This document shows, piece by piece, positions 53,996 to 64,000 of a stretch of 64,000 nt of DNA. Under the pieces are notes generated by a model. It searched no databases and was not told the DNA's origin. It was given only the letters and a program-made list of their open reading frames with translations. The stretch's first letter is position 1, and each line of letters starts with the position of its first letter. The stretch is from an uncultured Candidatus Rokubacteria bacterium (GTDB lineage: Bacteria; Methylomirabilota; Methylomirabilia; Rokubacteriales; CSP1-6): contig CAVYTA010000006.1 of assembly GCA_963771355.1 (NCBI GenBank), positions 1,088,001 through 1,152,000 of the forward strand, given 5' to 3'. Position numbers and translations under genes: made by a program.

Positions 53996-55354
53996 CTAGT
54001 GGCTTCCCCCGTGCTGGCCGGCATGCCCGTGCTTGAGGGGATGGGGCAAGACCTCCTTGACCTCGACGATGCTGAGCGACGGCATCACGCGGATGAAGCC
54101 CATGAAGAGGAGTAAGAACCACGCGAACGAGCCCACGATGATGGTGGAGTCGGTGATGGTCGGGTAGTAGGTGCCCCAGGTGTAGGGATAGAAGTCGTGG
54201 GCGAGGCCGGGCACGATGATGTTGAAGCGCTCCAGCCACATGCCGATGAGGACGAAGATCGACACCACGTAGAGGACGATCACGTTGGTCCGCGCCTTCT
54301 TCCACAGGAAGATCAGGGGCGTCACACAGTTGCTGAAGTACATCATCCAGTAGGCCCAGGCGTACTGCCGCGTGGCCTTGGCGAACACGCTCGCCCGCTC
54401 GAAGTGGTCGCCGCTGTACCACGCCACGAACACCTCGCACACGTAGAAGTAGGTGAGGACGAGGCTGGTGACGAGGATCAGCTTGGCCATCGCGTCCAGG
54501 TGCCGGTCCGTGATGTACGCGTACCAGTCGAAGTAGTAGCGCATGGGCAGCATGAGGATGAGCACCATCGCAAAGCCCGAGAAGATGGCTCCATCCACGA
54601 AGAAGGGGGCGAACAGGGTGGAGTGCCAGCCCGGCACCAGGGCCATGGCGAAGTCGAAGGACACCACGCTGTGCACGGACAGGACCAGCGGCGTGGCCAG
54701 CGCGGCGAGGAGGCCGTAGGCCCGGCGGTAGTGCTTCCACTGCGTGTCCGAGCCTTCCCAGCCCAGCGCCATCACGGTGTAGATCTTCTTCTTGATCCCG
54801 GTGGCGCTGTCCCGAAGGGCGGCGATGTCGGGGATCAGGCCCACCACGAAGAAGACGATGCTGATGGTCATGTAGGTCGAGATCGCGAACACGTCCCAGA
54901 CCAGGGGCGACTTGAAGTTCGGCCAGATATAGCGCTGGTTCGGGTACGGCATCAGCCAGTAGGCGAACCACATCCGCCCCGCGTGAATGAGGGGGAAGAG
55001 CCCCGCGGTCATGACCGCGAAGATGGTCATGGCCTCCGCGCCGCGATAGATGGACGTGCGCCACTTCGCCCGGAACAGATACAGCACCGCGGAGATCAGC
55101 GTGCCCGCGTGCCCGATACCGATCCAGAACACGAAGGTGGTGATGTACATCGCCCACATCTGCGGGGTGCGCTTGCCCGCCGCGCCCATGCCGATGTAGA
55201 TCTGGTAGGACCACGCGGCGACGCCGCACGCCAGCGTGAGCGCGATGACGGTCATCCAGAAGAAGTAGGTATTACCGGGCATGCCCACGGTGCGGATGAC
55301 GTCCCGGTTGACGTCCGCCCAGGTCACCTCTCGGGTGGGGCCGGGCGCGCTCAT
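53996..55354 (-). CDS. actC: ACIII quinol-binding subunit ActC (NrfD family)
   Basis: FVFWIGIGHAGTLISA, AEAMT, HAGR, NFKSPLVWDVFAI, SVHSVVSFDFA, PGWHST. Confidence 0.93.
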   Translation of the reverse strand: MSAPGPTREVTWADVNRDVIRTVGMPGNTYFFWMTVIALTLACGVAAWSYQIYIGMGAAGKRTPQMWAMYITTFVFWIGIGHAGTLISAVLYLFRAKWRTSIYRGAEAMTIFAVMTAGLFPLIHAGRMWFAYWLMPYPNQRYIWPNFKSPLVWDVFAISTYMTISIVFFVVGLIPDIAALRDSATGIKKKIYTVMALGWEGSDTQWKHYRRAYGLLAALATPLVLSVHSVVSFDFAMALVPGWHSTLFAPFFVDGAIFSGFAMVLILMLPMRYYFDWYAYITDRHLDAMAKLILVTSLVLTYFYVCEVFVAWYSGDHFERASVFAKATRQYAWAYWMMYFSNCVTPLIFLWKKARTNVIVLYVVSIFVLIGMWLERFNIIVPGLAHDFYPYTWGTYYPTITDSTIIVGSFAWFLLLFMGFIRVMPSLSIVEVKEVLPHPLKHGHAGQHGGSH

Positions 55355-58335
55355 GCCTTGTGGCCTTCCGGCGCCGGCCCGCCGTGCCCCCGCACCACCT
55401 TCTTGAGATAGGTCACCGCGGGGCGGGTGCCGAGCTCTTCCAGGACGTGGTAGCCGCGCGCCGAGCGCGAGAGCTTGGACACCTGGGCCTTGTCGTCCTT
55501 GAGGTCCCCGAAGGTGATGGCCTGGGTGGGGCAGGTCTGCTGGCAGGCGGTCTTGATCTCGCCGTCTTTCACCGGCCGGCCCGCGTCGCGGGCGTGGTCC
55601 TTGCCCTCGATGATGCGCTGGAGGCACATGGTGCACTTCTCCATCACCCCGAGCTGGCGGACGGTGACATCGGGGTTGAGCTGGAGATCCAGGGGCGAGG
55701 GCCAGTGGTAGTAGAACCAGTTGAAGCGGCGCACGTGATACGGGCAGTTGTTGCCGCAGTAGCGCGTGCCCACGCAGCGGTTGTAGACCTGCCCGTTGAG
55801 TCCGTCGCGCGTGTGGTAGGCGGCATAGACCGGGCACACCGGCTCGCAGGGCGCCACGCCGCAGTGCTGGCAGAACATGGGGAGGAAGATGTTCTCCGGC
55901 CGGGCCGCCGGGCCCTCCTCCCACCGCTCCAGGCGCAGCCAGTGCTGATCGCGCCCGTACGCCACCTGCTCCTTGCCCACCACCGGGACATTGTTCTCCG
56001 TCACGCAGGCCACCACGCACGCGCTGCACCCGGTGCAGCGGTCGAGGTCCACCGTCATGCCCCAGCGGTGGTCGGGGTACGTCACCGGCGGGTACATGCT
56101 CGGGTGGCTGGCGTGCTCGGGCGGCTTGCCCCGCAGCTCCAGCTCGCGCGCGGCGGCCAGGCCCACGTGCTGCGCGATCTCGCGATGGTCCTGATCGAAG
56201 GTGCCTTGCGGGACTGCGAGCGGGCGTCGCCCCGCGCCCTTGGCGAGACTCACCTTCACGCCGAGATACGGAAGACCACCCGAGGCGGCCTCCGGCGCCG
56301 CCCCCAGGAGCACGAGCGGGTTGGCTCCGGTGTTGAGCCCGCGGGACTGGGCGTAGGCCCCGGGGAAAGCGTGGCCCTGCCCCATCGCCACCGCCACCGC
56401 CTCGGGATGCAGCGCCTCCACCGGATACGCGGGCAGGTCGACGCGGCCGTGGGGCGAGGTCAGCGTGACGAGGTCGCCGCGGGCGACTCCGAGCTTGGCC
56501 GCGGTGGCACTGGGAATCTCCACCCAGCCGTCCCACGTCACCTGGGTCATGGGGTCGGGCGCTTCCTGCAGCCAGGCGCGATCGGCGCCGCGGCCGTCGT
56601 AGAAGCGGCCCGAGGGGAACACGAGCAGGGCGTGCGTGCCGCTGCCCTCGAGCGCCGCCGGCTCCGCTCGGACTCGCGCGCCTTCCGGCCGCAGCGTCAC
56701 CGCCGGCGCCGGCGTCTCGCGCCACACGCCGCCGCGCCGCAGCGACTCCTCCCAGAACTCGGCGAAGGGCTTGCCCTTGCCCAGATTCTTCGCCGCCGCC
56801 GTCCACTCGGCCTTCACGTAGTCGCCGAAGGTCGCGGCGCCCAGCGGGCCCTTGCCGGCCTCCACCCCGAGCGCCTGGCGTCCCACGGAAAGCAGGGTCC
56901 CGCCGACCGACTTGGCGTCCACCGGCCGGCCGCTGATCTCCACCGGCCCCATGGCGGGCTGCATGAGTCCGACCACGCCCTCCTCGGCCGCGTAGTCGCC
57001 CCAGCTCTCGAGCCAGTGCAGCGCGGGCAGCACGATGTGGGCCTTGGCGTTGCTCTCGCTGGGCCGATTGGCGAGGCTCACCACCAGCGGTACCTTGGCC
57101 AGCGCCTCTGCGAAGCCGGCCTTGGCGGGCATGGTGAAGACGGGGTTGACGTCGCCGAGGATCAGCACCTCGATCTCGCCCTTGGCCATGGCCTGCGTGA
57201 GCGCCAGCATCTCGGCGTACGCGCTCGCCTTGCCCAGCGCCGCATCCGCGCCGAAGCGGACGCGCTTGCCCACCGCGCCGATCGCCACGTTGAGCAGGTT
57301 GATCGCCACCTGGGTGTCGGTGGCATTGGTACCGGACACCGCCGCGCCCCCGCCGATGGCCAGCCCCGCCTTGGAAGCGGCGAGGTTGTGGGCCACGTGC
57401 TTGATCGTCTCCGCGGACACCCCGGAGCGACTCGCCACTGCGGCGACGTCCACGCCCTGCACGGCGGCGCCGAGCCCGCGGGCATCCACGCCGGGAGCGG
57501 CCAGTCCCTCGTCGAGGATGGCCTTGAGCATGGCCAGGGCCAGCGCTCCCTCGGTCCCCGGCGCGTTCCGCAGCCACTGATCGGCATTGGCCGCCGTCAT
57601 GGACAGCCGCGGCTCCACGTGCACATAGGTGCCGGCGCGGCCCGCGGACAGCGCGTGCATCTTCGCGAAGTCCGCCGCGTGGGCGGTGGGGCTGAGCCAG
57701 GTCTCGAGGAAGTCCGCGCCGAACGAGACGAGGAAGCCGGTCTCCGCGATGTCATAGGTCGGAATGGCGTCGCGCCCGAAGCTCATCCGGTTGGCGGCAC
57801 GCAGCGGCTCCAGCGCCAGTGGCTCGTAGGCCACCCGGGGGCGCGTGCCCAGCGCCTTCACCCATTCGTCCAGGAGGCGGGCGAGGCTGCCGGTCTCGAG
57901 CCCGGTGACCAGCGCGACCTTCTGCCCCGTCCGCGCCCGCACCAGCGCCGCGAGCTTGTCGGCGAGCAGCTTCTCCGCCGTCTCCCAGGGCGCCGGCTTG
58001 CCGTCCACCATGGCGCCCCGGAAGCGGTCGGGATGATAGAGCCCCTGCAGCGCCGCGTGGCCGCGAATGCACAACGCGCCCGCATTGACGGGATGATCGG
58101 GATTGCCCTCGAGCTTGATCACCCGGCCTTCACGGTTCTTGGCGAGCACGCCGCAGCCGGCGGGGCACTCCCGGCACACCGTCGCGAAATAGCTCGCGAT
58201 GCCGGGGACGATATTGTCGGGGGGCGAGACATACGGGAGCAGACGCTCCGCCGTCCGGGTGCAGCCCCCGGCGGCCGTCGCCGCGCCGGAAGCGGCCACG
58301 ATCTTGAAGAACGACCGCCGATCTAGACCGCTCAT
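55351..58335 (-). CDS. actB: ACIII subunit ActB (molybdopterin-oxidoreductase-like plus Fe-S domains)
   Basis: Tat motif DRRSFFK and AGGC lipobox; CRECPAGC...C; C-terminal CTGCSACVVAC, CQHC..APCEPVCP, CVGTRYCGNNCPY, EKCTMC..CQQTCP. Confidence 0.92.
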   Translation of the reverse strand: MSGLDRRSFFKIVAASGAATAAGGCTRTAERLLPYVSPPDNIVPGIASYFATVCRECPAGCGVLAKNREGRVIKLEGNPDHPVNAGALCIRGHAALQGLYHPDRFRGAMVDGKPAPWETAEKLLADKLAALVRARTGQKVALVTGLETGSLARLLDEWVKALGTRPRVAYEPLALEPLRAANRMSFGRDAIPTYDIAETGFLVSFGADFLETWLSPTAHAADFAKMHALSAGRAGTYVHVEPRLSMTAANADQWLRNAPGTEGALALAMLKAILDEGLAAPGVDARGLGAAVQGVDVAAVASRSGVSAETIKHVAHNLAASKAGLAIGGGAAVSGTNATDTQVAINLLNVAIGAVGKRVRFGADAALGKASAYAEMLALTQAMAKGEIEVLILGDVNPVFTMPAKAGFAEALAKVPLVVSLANRPSESNAKAHIVLPALHWLESWGDYAAEEGVVGLMQPAMGPVEISGRPVDAKSVGGTLLSVGRQALGVEAGKGPLGAATFGDYVKAEWTAAAKNLGKGKPFAEFWEESLRRGGVWRETPAPAVTLRPEGARVRAEPAALEGSGTHALLVFPSGRFYDGRGADRAWLQEAPDPMTQVTWDGWVEIPSATAAKLGVARGDLVTLTSPHGRVDLPAYPVEALHPEAVAVAMGQGHAFPGAYAQSRGLNTGANPLVLLGAAPEAASGGLPYLGVKVSLAKGAGRRPLAVPQGTFDQDHREIAQHVGLAAARELELRGKPPEHASHPSMYPPVTYPDHRWGMTVDLDRCTGCSACVVACVTENNVPVVGKEQVAYGRDQHWLRLERWEEGPAARPENIFLPMFCQHCGVAPCEPVCPVYAAYHTRDGLNGQVYNRCVGTRYCGNNCPYHVRRFNWFYYHWPSPLDLQLNPDVTVRQLGVMEKCTMCLQRIIEGKDHARDAGRPVKDGEIKTACQQTCPTQAITFGDLKDDKAQVSKLSRSARGYHVLEELGTRPAVTYLKKVVRGHGGPAPEGHKA

Positions 58336-58396
58336 CGTGTCTCCCTGTTGATCCGGCGCTGCACGGCGAACCGGTCCGACCGGACGGTCAAAAACC

Positions 58397-58432
58397 TTGT
58401 GAACCCTATCACGCAGGAAAACTAAGTGTCAA
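58397..58432 (-). promoter_or_regulatory. act operon promoter with overlapping Rex/CRP-type box
   Basis: Minus strand TTGACA-N18-TAGGGT (TGn); TTGTGAA-CCCT-ATCACGC at 58397-58414 overlaps the -10. Confidence 0.6.
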
Positions 58433-58445
58433 CAGAGTTGTGCGT

Positions 58446-59726
<1,281 letters not shown>

Positions 59727-59739
59727 GGCGCCTTTCCCC

Positions 59740-60228
59740 TCAGCGCGCGGCGCTGGGGACGGTGAACTCGATGGGCAGGAAATCGCGGGCCGCGGGATCC
59801 CAGGCGAAGGCGCCGGCGGCGGCGGGTCGGCCCGCCAGCACCGAGACCACGACGTACACCGCGTCCGGATAGGCGGGCTCCCCGTCCACGAGCGCGTTGC
59901 GCTTGTCGGTCTCGGAGAAGTATGCCCCGGTGTCGATGTGGGAGTGGTAGATGGTCGCCACCCAGTACCCGTCCGCTTCACGCCGGCCGATGGTGAGCAG
60001 ATCGCGGGGATCGATGTAGTACGCGGTGCGGGCGTCGCGTGGATGCCGCGCCGGGTCCTTCTCGTGCAGCGCGTTCTGGATATTCCGGCAGGGCAGGAGC
60101 AGCCGGTCGGCCGGCTGGTCGCCGCGCGCGAGCACCACCCCGCAGCACTCGCCGGGATACTCGACGGCAGCCTGGGCCTCGACCCGAACGTACTCCTCCG
60201 GGGTCAGCGCGACACGCGGGTCTTTCAC
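59740..60228 (-). CDS. JAB/MPN+ (M67) metalloprotease, Mec-like
   Basis: YPGECCG and YHSH...FSETD (JAMM E/HxH/S/D); GTG start overlaps the sulfur-carrier stop. Confidence 0.9.
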   Translation of the reverse strand: MKDPRVALTPEEYVRVEAQAAVEYPGECCGVVLARGDQPADRLLLPCRNIQNALHEKDPARHPRDARTAYYIDPRDLLTIGRREADGYWVATIYHSHIDTGAYFSETDKRNALVDGEPAYPDAVYVVVSVLAGRPAAAGAFAWDPAARDFLPIEFTVPSAAR

Positions 60229-60536
60229 TCGCCTGGGCACGCGCTCCCGGCGAGGGCGGCCTGCCCCCCGGCAAGGGCGGGGATAATCGACACCTCGTCG
60301 CCGTCCTTCAAGGTGGTGTCGAGGCCCTTGAGCGCCTCGATGGCCTCGCTGTTGACGTAGATGTTCACGTGATGGTGAATCTGGCCCTGCGCGTTGCGGA
60401 CCAGCCCCTTCAGTCCCGCGAACTGCGCCTCGAGCCCGTCGAGCAGCCCCTTGACGTCGGGGGCCTCGAGGGAGACGCGGTCTCGGTTGCTGGTGGCGCG
60501 GCGGAACGGCGTCGGAATATAGACCTGCACGCTCAT
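60225..60536 (-). CDS. Ubiquitin-like sulfur carrier (CysO/MoaD family) with C-terminal extension
   Basis: VYIPTPFR, VNIYVN, LKDGDEVSIIPALAGG followed by [12 protein letters not shown]. Confidence 0.9.
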   Translation of the reverse strand: MSVQVYIPTPFRRATSNRDRVSLEAPDVKGLLDGLEAQFAGLKGLVRNAQGQIHHHVNIYVNSEAIEALKGLDTTLKDGDEVSIIPALAGGQAALAGSACPGE

Positions 60537-60548
60537 GACGATGGCTCC

Positions 60549-61508
60549 TCAGAGAGGCACGCTGAGATAGCGCTCCCCAGTATCGCACAGCACCGTGACG
60601 ACGATCTGGTCGGCCGGCATGCTCGCGGCGACCTGGCAGGCGGCCCACACATTGGCCCCCGCCGAGATCCCCACCAGCAGCCCCTCCTCGCGGGCCAGCC
60701 GCCGCGCGGTGGCGGTGGCGTCCTCGTCGCGCACGAGGAGGACCTCGTCCAGCACCGCCCGATTCAGCACCGTGGGAACGAACGAGGCGCCGATGCCCTG
60801 GATGCCGTGCGGGCGCGCCTTGCCGCCCTGGAGCACCGGCGAGCGCGCCGGTTCCACCCCGATCACCCGCACCGACGGAAGCCGCTGCTTGAGCACCTCC
60901 CCCACCCCGGTCACGGTGCCGCCCGTTCCGATGCCGGCCACGAACGCGTCCACCCGCTCGTCGGTGGCCTCGAGGATCTCCAGCGCGGTGGTCCGGCGGT
61001 GCGCCTCCGGGTTGGCGGGGTTCTCGAACTGGCTGGGCATGAAGTAGCCGGCGTGCTCCCGCAGCATCTCCTGCGCCGCGAAGACCGCCCCCGTCATGCC
61101 CTCGATGGCCGGGGTCAGATGAATCTCCGCGCCGTACCGCGCGAGCAGCCGCTGCCGCTCCACGCTGTAGTCGTCGGGCATGGTCAAGATGAGCCGGTAG
61201 CCGCGCACCGCACAGACCATGGCGAGCCCGATGCCGGTATTGCCGCTGGTGGGTTCCACCACGGTGGCGCCCGGCTTGAGCACCCCGCGACGCTCGGCGT
61301 CGTCGATCATGGCCACCGCGATGCGGTCCTTCACGCTGCCGCCCGGATTGAGCGACTCCATCTTCGCCAGCACGGTGGCGCCCCCCGGGCGCGGCAGCTG
61401 GTTGAGCCGGACCAGCGGGGTACCGCCCACGAGGTCGAGCACGGAGCCGGCCACTCGCGGCCGCCACGTCACTGCCGTCTTCTTCTGGGTCATGGGTCCC
61501 ATCCCCAT
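60549..61508 (-). CDS. cysK: Cysteine synthase A
   Basis: NPGGSVKDR, EPTSGNTG, QFENPAN, GTGGT, HGIQGIG, GERYLS; start may be 61493. Confidence 0.94.
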   Translation of the reverse strand: MGMGPMTQKKTAVTWRPRVAGSVLDLVGGTPLVRLNQLPRPGGATVLAKMESLNPGGSVKDRIAVAMIDDAERRGVLKPGATVVEPTSGNTGIGLAMVCAVRGYRLILTMPDDYSVERQRLLARYGAEIHLTPAIEGMTGAVFAAQEMLREHAGYFMPSQFENPANPEAHRRTTALEILEATDERVDAFVAGIGTGGTVTGVGEVLKQRLPSVRVIGVEPARSPVLQGGKARPHGIQGIGASFVPTVLNRAVLDEVLLVRDEDATATARRLAREEGLLVGISAGANVWAACQVAASMPADQIVVTVLCDTGERYLSVPL

Positions 61509-61555
61509 CGGGAACGCTGTTTCGTCGGCAAAAAAAGGGTGGCGGCGGCGGTCGC

Positions 61556-62002
61556 TCAGATGTGGTACATGGGCCGGGCGATGCTGCGCCGCTCCTCGGC
61601 TCGCTTCCGCAAATCCTCGAAGGTGACGCGATCGATGACGCCGGACACCGCCTCGTCGATCTCCCGCCAGAGCTCGGACAGGTCGGAGACGGGGTCCGGG
61701 GCCAGGCCCCGCCGCCCGCGCCGTGTCGGCTCGAGCCCGTTCATCGATCCCTCCACCGCGCGGAGGACGTCGCCCACCGTGACCTGTTCCGCGGCACGCG
61801 CCAGCCGATAGCCGCCGGCGGAGCCGCGCCGGGAGACGAGGAGCCCGGCCCGCGTGAGTCCCAGCAGCACCTGCTCGAGGTAGCGCTGGGGGATGTCCTG
61901 ACGGGTCGCGATGTCCTGGATGGGCCGCAGGCCGCCGCCATCGGCCAGCGCCAGGTCGAGCATCGCCTTGATGGCGTACTCGCCCTTGGCCGAGATCCTC
62001 AC
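61556..62002 (-). CDS. Rrf2-family regulator, Cys-less (CymR-like)
   Basis: [28 protein letters not shown], no Fe-S cysteines, C-terminal MYHI. Confidence 0.9.
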   Translation of the reverse strand: MRISAKGEYAIKAMLDLALADGGGLRPIQDIATRQDIPQRYLEQVLLGLTRAGLLVSRRGSAGGYRLARAAEQVTVGDVLRAVEGSMNGLEPTRRGRRGLAPDPVSDLSELWREIDEAVSGVIDRVTFEDLRKRAEERRSIARPMYHI

Positions 62003-62982
62003 GCGCGCCCCTGCTCGAGGAGGCGCGCCGCGTCCTTGGCGAAGTAGGTGATGATGATGTCGGCGCCCGCGCGGCGGATACCGGTGAGCGCCTCCAGCAT
62101 CGCGCGCTCCTCGTCGAGCCAGCCGAGCTGGCCCGCCGCGCGGATCATCGCGTATTCCCCGGACACCGAGTACGCGGCCACCGGCAGGCCGAAGTCGGCC
62201 TTCACCCGCGCCACCACGTCGAGATAGGGCAGGGCGGGCTTGACCATCACGATGTCCGCGCCCTCGTCCACGTCGAGCGCGACTTCCCGCATCGCCTCCA
62301 GCGCGTTGGCGGGGTCCATCTGGTACGAGCGCCGGTCGCCGAACTGCGGGGTGGAATCGGCGGCCTCGCGGAAGGGGCCGTAGAAGGCGGAGGCGTACTT
62401 CGCCGAGTACGCCATGATCGGCGTCTCCGGATAGCCGCCCTCGTCGAGGGCCTCGCGGACGGCGGCCACGTGCCCGTCCATCATGTCGGACGGCGCCACC
62501 ATGTCGGCACCCGCCTCGACGTGGGAGAGCGCGGTGCGCGCGATGAGATCCAGGGTGGGATCGTTCTTGATGCGGCCGTCCTCCACCACCCCGCAGTGCC
62601 CGTGGCTGGTGTACTCGCACAGGCACACGTCGGTGACCACGAGGAGGTCGGGGATGGTGTCCTTCACCGCGCGCACCGCCTGCTGGATGATGCCGTCCTC
62701 CGCGTACGCCTCGCTCCCGCGTGGGTCCTTGTCCAGGGGCAGGCCGAAGAGCAGCACCGCCGGGATCCCCATCGACGCCGCGTCCTTGCACTCCTTCAGC
62801 AGCTCGTCGATGGAGAGCCGGTACTGGCCCGGCATGGAGCCGATGGGCTCGCGCACCCCGCGCCCGTGCACGGTGAACAGCGGCAGCATGAAGTCGTCGA
62901 CCCGCAGCGCGGTCTCGCGGACCATCTTCCGCAGGAGCGGCGACTCGCGCAGCCGGCGCGGGCGATAGAGCGGATACGGCAT
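61999..62982 (-). CDS. hemB: Porphobilinogen synthase (Zn type)
   Basis: [45 protein letters not shown]. Confidence 0.98.
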   Translation of the reverse strand: MPYPLYRPRRLRESPLLRKMVRETALRVDDFMLPLFTVHGRGVREPIGSMPGQYRLSIDELLKECKDAASMGIPAVLLFGLPLDKDPRGSEAYAEDGIIQQAVRAVKDTIPDLLVVTDVCLCEYTSHGHCGVVEDGRIKNDPTLDLIARTALSHVEAGADMVAPSDMMDGHVAAVREALDEGGYPETPIMAYSAKYASAFYGPFREAADSTPQFGDRRSYQMDPANALEAMREVALDVDEGADIVMVKPALPYLDVVARVKADFGLPVAAYSVSGEYAMIRAAGQLGWLDEERAMLEALTGIRRAGADIIITYFAKDAARLLEQGRA

Positions 62983-62985
62983 GGC

Positions 62986-63852
62986 TCAGCTCCTCCTTGG
63001 CGCGCGCTCGAAGTGGGCCGCGATGGCCCCCGCGAGCGCGGGAATCGTGTACTCGCCGGGCATGATGGCGGTTTCGAGGCCGTGCTCGGTGGCGGTGGCC
63101 CGGGTGATGGGCCCGATGCAGGCCACCCGCACGCCCCGCAGCAATCGCGGCAGCTCGCCGGGCGCGAACAGCGCCGCGAAGTGACGGACCGTCGACGAGC
63201 TCGTGAAGGTGACCACGTCGGCGCCGCCGCGCTCGAACAGTAAGCGCAGCTCTGCGGCGCCCGGGAGGGCGGGACGCGTGCGATAGGCGGCCACCTCGTC
63301 CACCCGCGCCCCCATGGCTTCCAGCTCGCGCACGAGAAGGTCACGGGTCTCGGCCGCGCGTGGCAGCAGGACCTGATCGCCGGTGGCGAGGAGTCCGCGC
63401 AGCCGCGCCGCCAGCCCCTCGGCCACGTACTCGTCCGGCACCACCGCCGCGGCCAGGCCCCAGTCGGCGAGCGCCTCCGCGGTGGCGGGGCCGATGGCGG
63501 CCACGCGCGCGGCGCCGAACACCTCCGCGCCCCGCCCGCCCTCGGCCAGCCGGCGGCGCGTCATCGCGACGCCGTTGACGCTGGTGAAGATCACCCAGCG
63601 GTACTCCCGCGCCCGCGCCAGCGCCGCGTCGAGCGCGGCCCAGGAATCGGGCGGCTCGATCACGATGGTGGGGACGAGGACGACGCGCGCGCCCGCCGCC
63701 TCGAGAAGGTCGTGGAAGGGACCGGCCTGGGCCGCGGCGCGGGTGACGATGACCACCTTGCCCGAGAGGGGCCGGGCTGTCTCCACGCTGCCTCCGCTCT
63801 CGCCGCGTCCCCGCATCACCGCCGTCCCTGCCCCCCCGTTGTCCTCGCTCAC
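62986..63852 (-). CDS. hemD: Uroporphyrinogen-III synthase
   Basis: VIVTRA, IFTSVNGV, IGPATA, FTSSSTV, CIGPIT. Confidence 0.93.
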   Translation of the reverse strand: MSEDNGGAGTAVMRGRGESGGSVETARPLSGKVVIVTRAAAQAGPFHDLLEAAGARVVLVPTIVIEPPDSWAALDAALARAREYRWVIFTSVNGVAMTRRRLAEGGRGAEVFGAARVAAIGPATAEALADWGLAAAVVPDEYVAEGLAARLRGLLATGDQVLLPRAAETRDLLVRELEAMGARVDEVAAYRTRPALPGAAELRLLFERGGADVVTFTSSSTVRHFAALFAPGELPRLLRGVRVACIGPITRATATEHGLETAIMPGEYTIPALAGAIAAHFERAPRRS

Positions 63853-64000
63853 TCGCCGCCGCCCTCGCCGAGCAGGGCGCCGGCGCCGCGCGCGAGCAGC
63901 TCGTCGGCGAGCTTCTCGCCGAGCGCGCGCCCGGATGTGGGCGCTCCGCTCACCGTCCCCTCCAGCACCGTGGCCCCGTCCACGCTGGCCACCAGCCCTT
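63849..64000 (-). CDS. hemC: Hydroxymethylbilane synthase, C-terminal end (partial)
   Basis: GLVASVDG...LGEKLADELLARGAGALL, typical HemC C-terminus; directly upstream of hemD. Confidence 0.85.
   Translation of the reverse strand, partial: GLVASVDGATVLEGTVSGAPTSGRALGEKLADELLARGAGALLGEGGGE

Noticed and set aside
53996..57577. 1193-aa ORF suggesting a fused ActC, and similar N-terminally extended ORFs in the track
   Set aside because: The extensions are out-of-frame overlaps with upstream genes; true starts are at overlapping ATGA/GTGA junctions.
61509..61555. T7 tract between Rrf2 and cysK as a terminator or CymR box
   Set aside because: No convincing stem precedes the tract on the coding strand, and no known Rrf2 consensus can be matched confidently.

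Overview
Very GC-rich (roughly 70% by eye), densely coding core-genome region of a bacterium. The gene set and codon style suggest a Rokubacteria/Methylomirabilota-like organism, which is inference only. In order: rmuC (partial), a TIGR02757-type gene, a Na+/solute symporter, a TTT transporter with aspartate dehydrogenase, and trxB. Then a minus-strand run korAB > glcDEF > cupin > lutABC > DUF2203 > HAD, a LysR gene divergent from gltBD, moaA/Rieske/radical SAM, an internally deleted rtcB remnant, yjbQ and a tRNA Gly-Cys-Leu cluster. Then a dprA-topA-xerC-hslVU-argBDFG-comB-pgsA-plsY-gpsA-galT run, cpoB-like, yeeE, moeA, an alternative complex III operon (actBCDEF), and a heme operon (hemC-D-B...L) interrupted by an Rrf2-cysK-sulfur carrier-JAB protease cassette. 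No CRISPR array, prophage or transposase was seen. Most noteworthy: (1) the sulfur-relay cassette embedded in the hem operon, whose ubiquitin-like carrier has a 12-residue tail after GG; (2) an ACIII operon with no actA whose ActB keeps an N-terminal 4-Cys cluster motif; (3) an rtcB gene collapsed by an in-frame deletion; (4) a dispersed REP-like repeat family; (5) a multi-hairpin leader upstream of korA; (6) several apparently leaderless genes. All calls come from reading the sequence; no searches were run.
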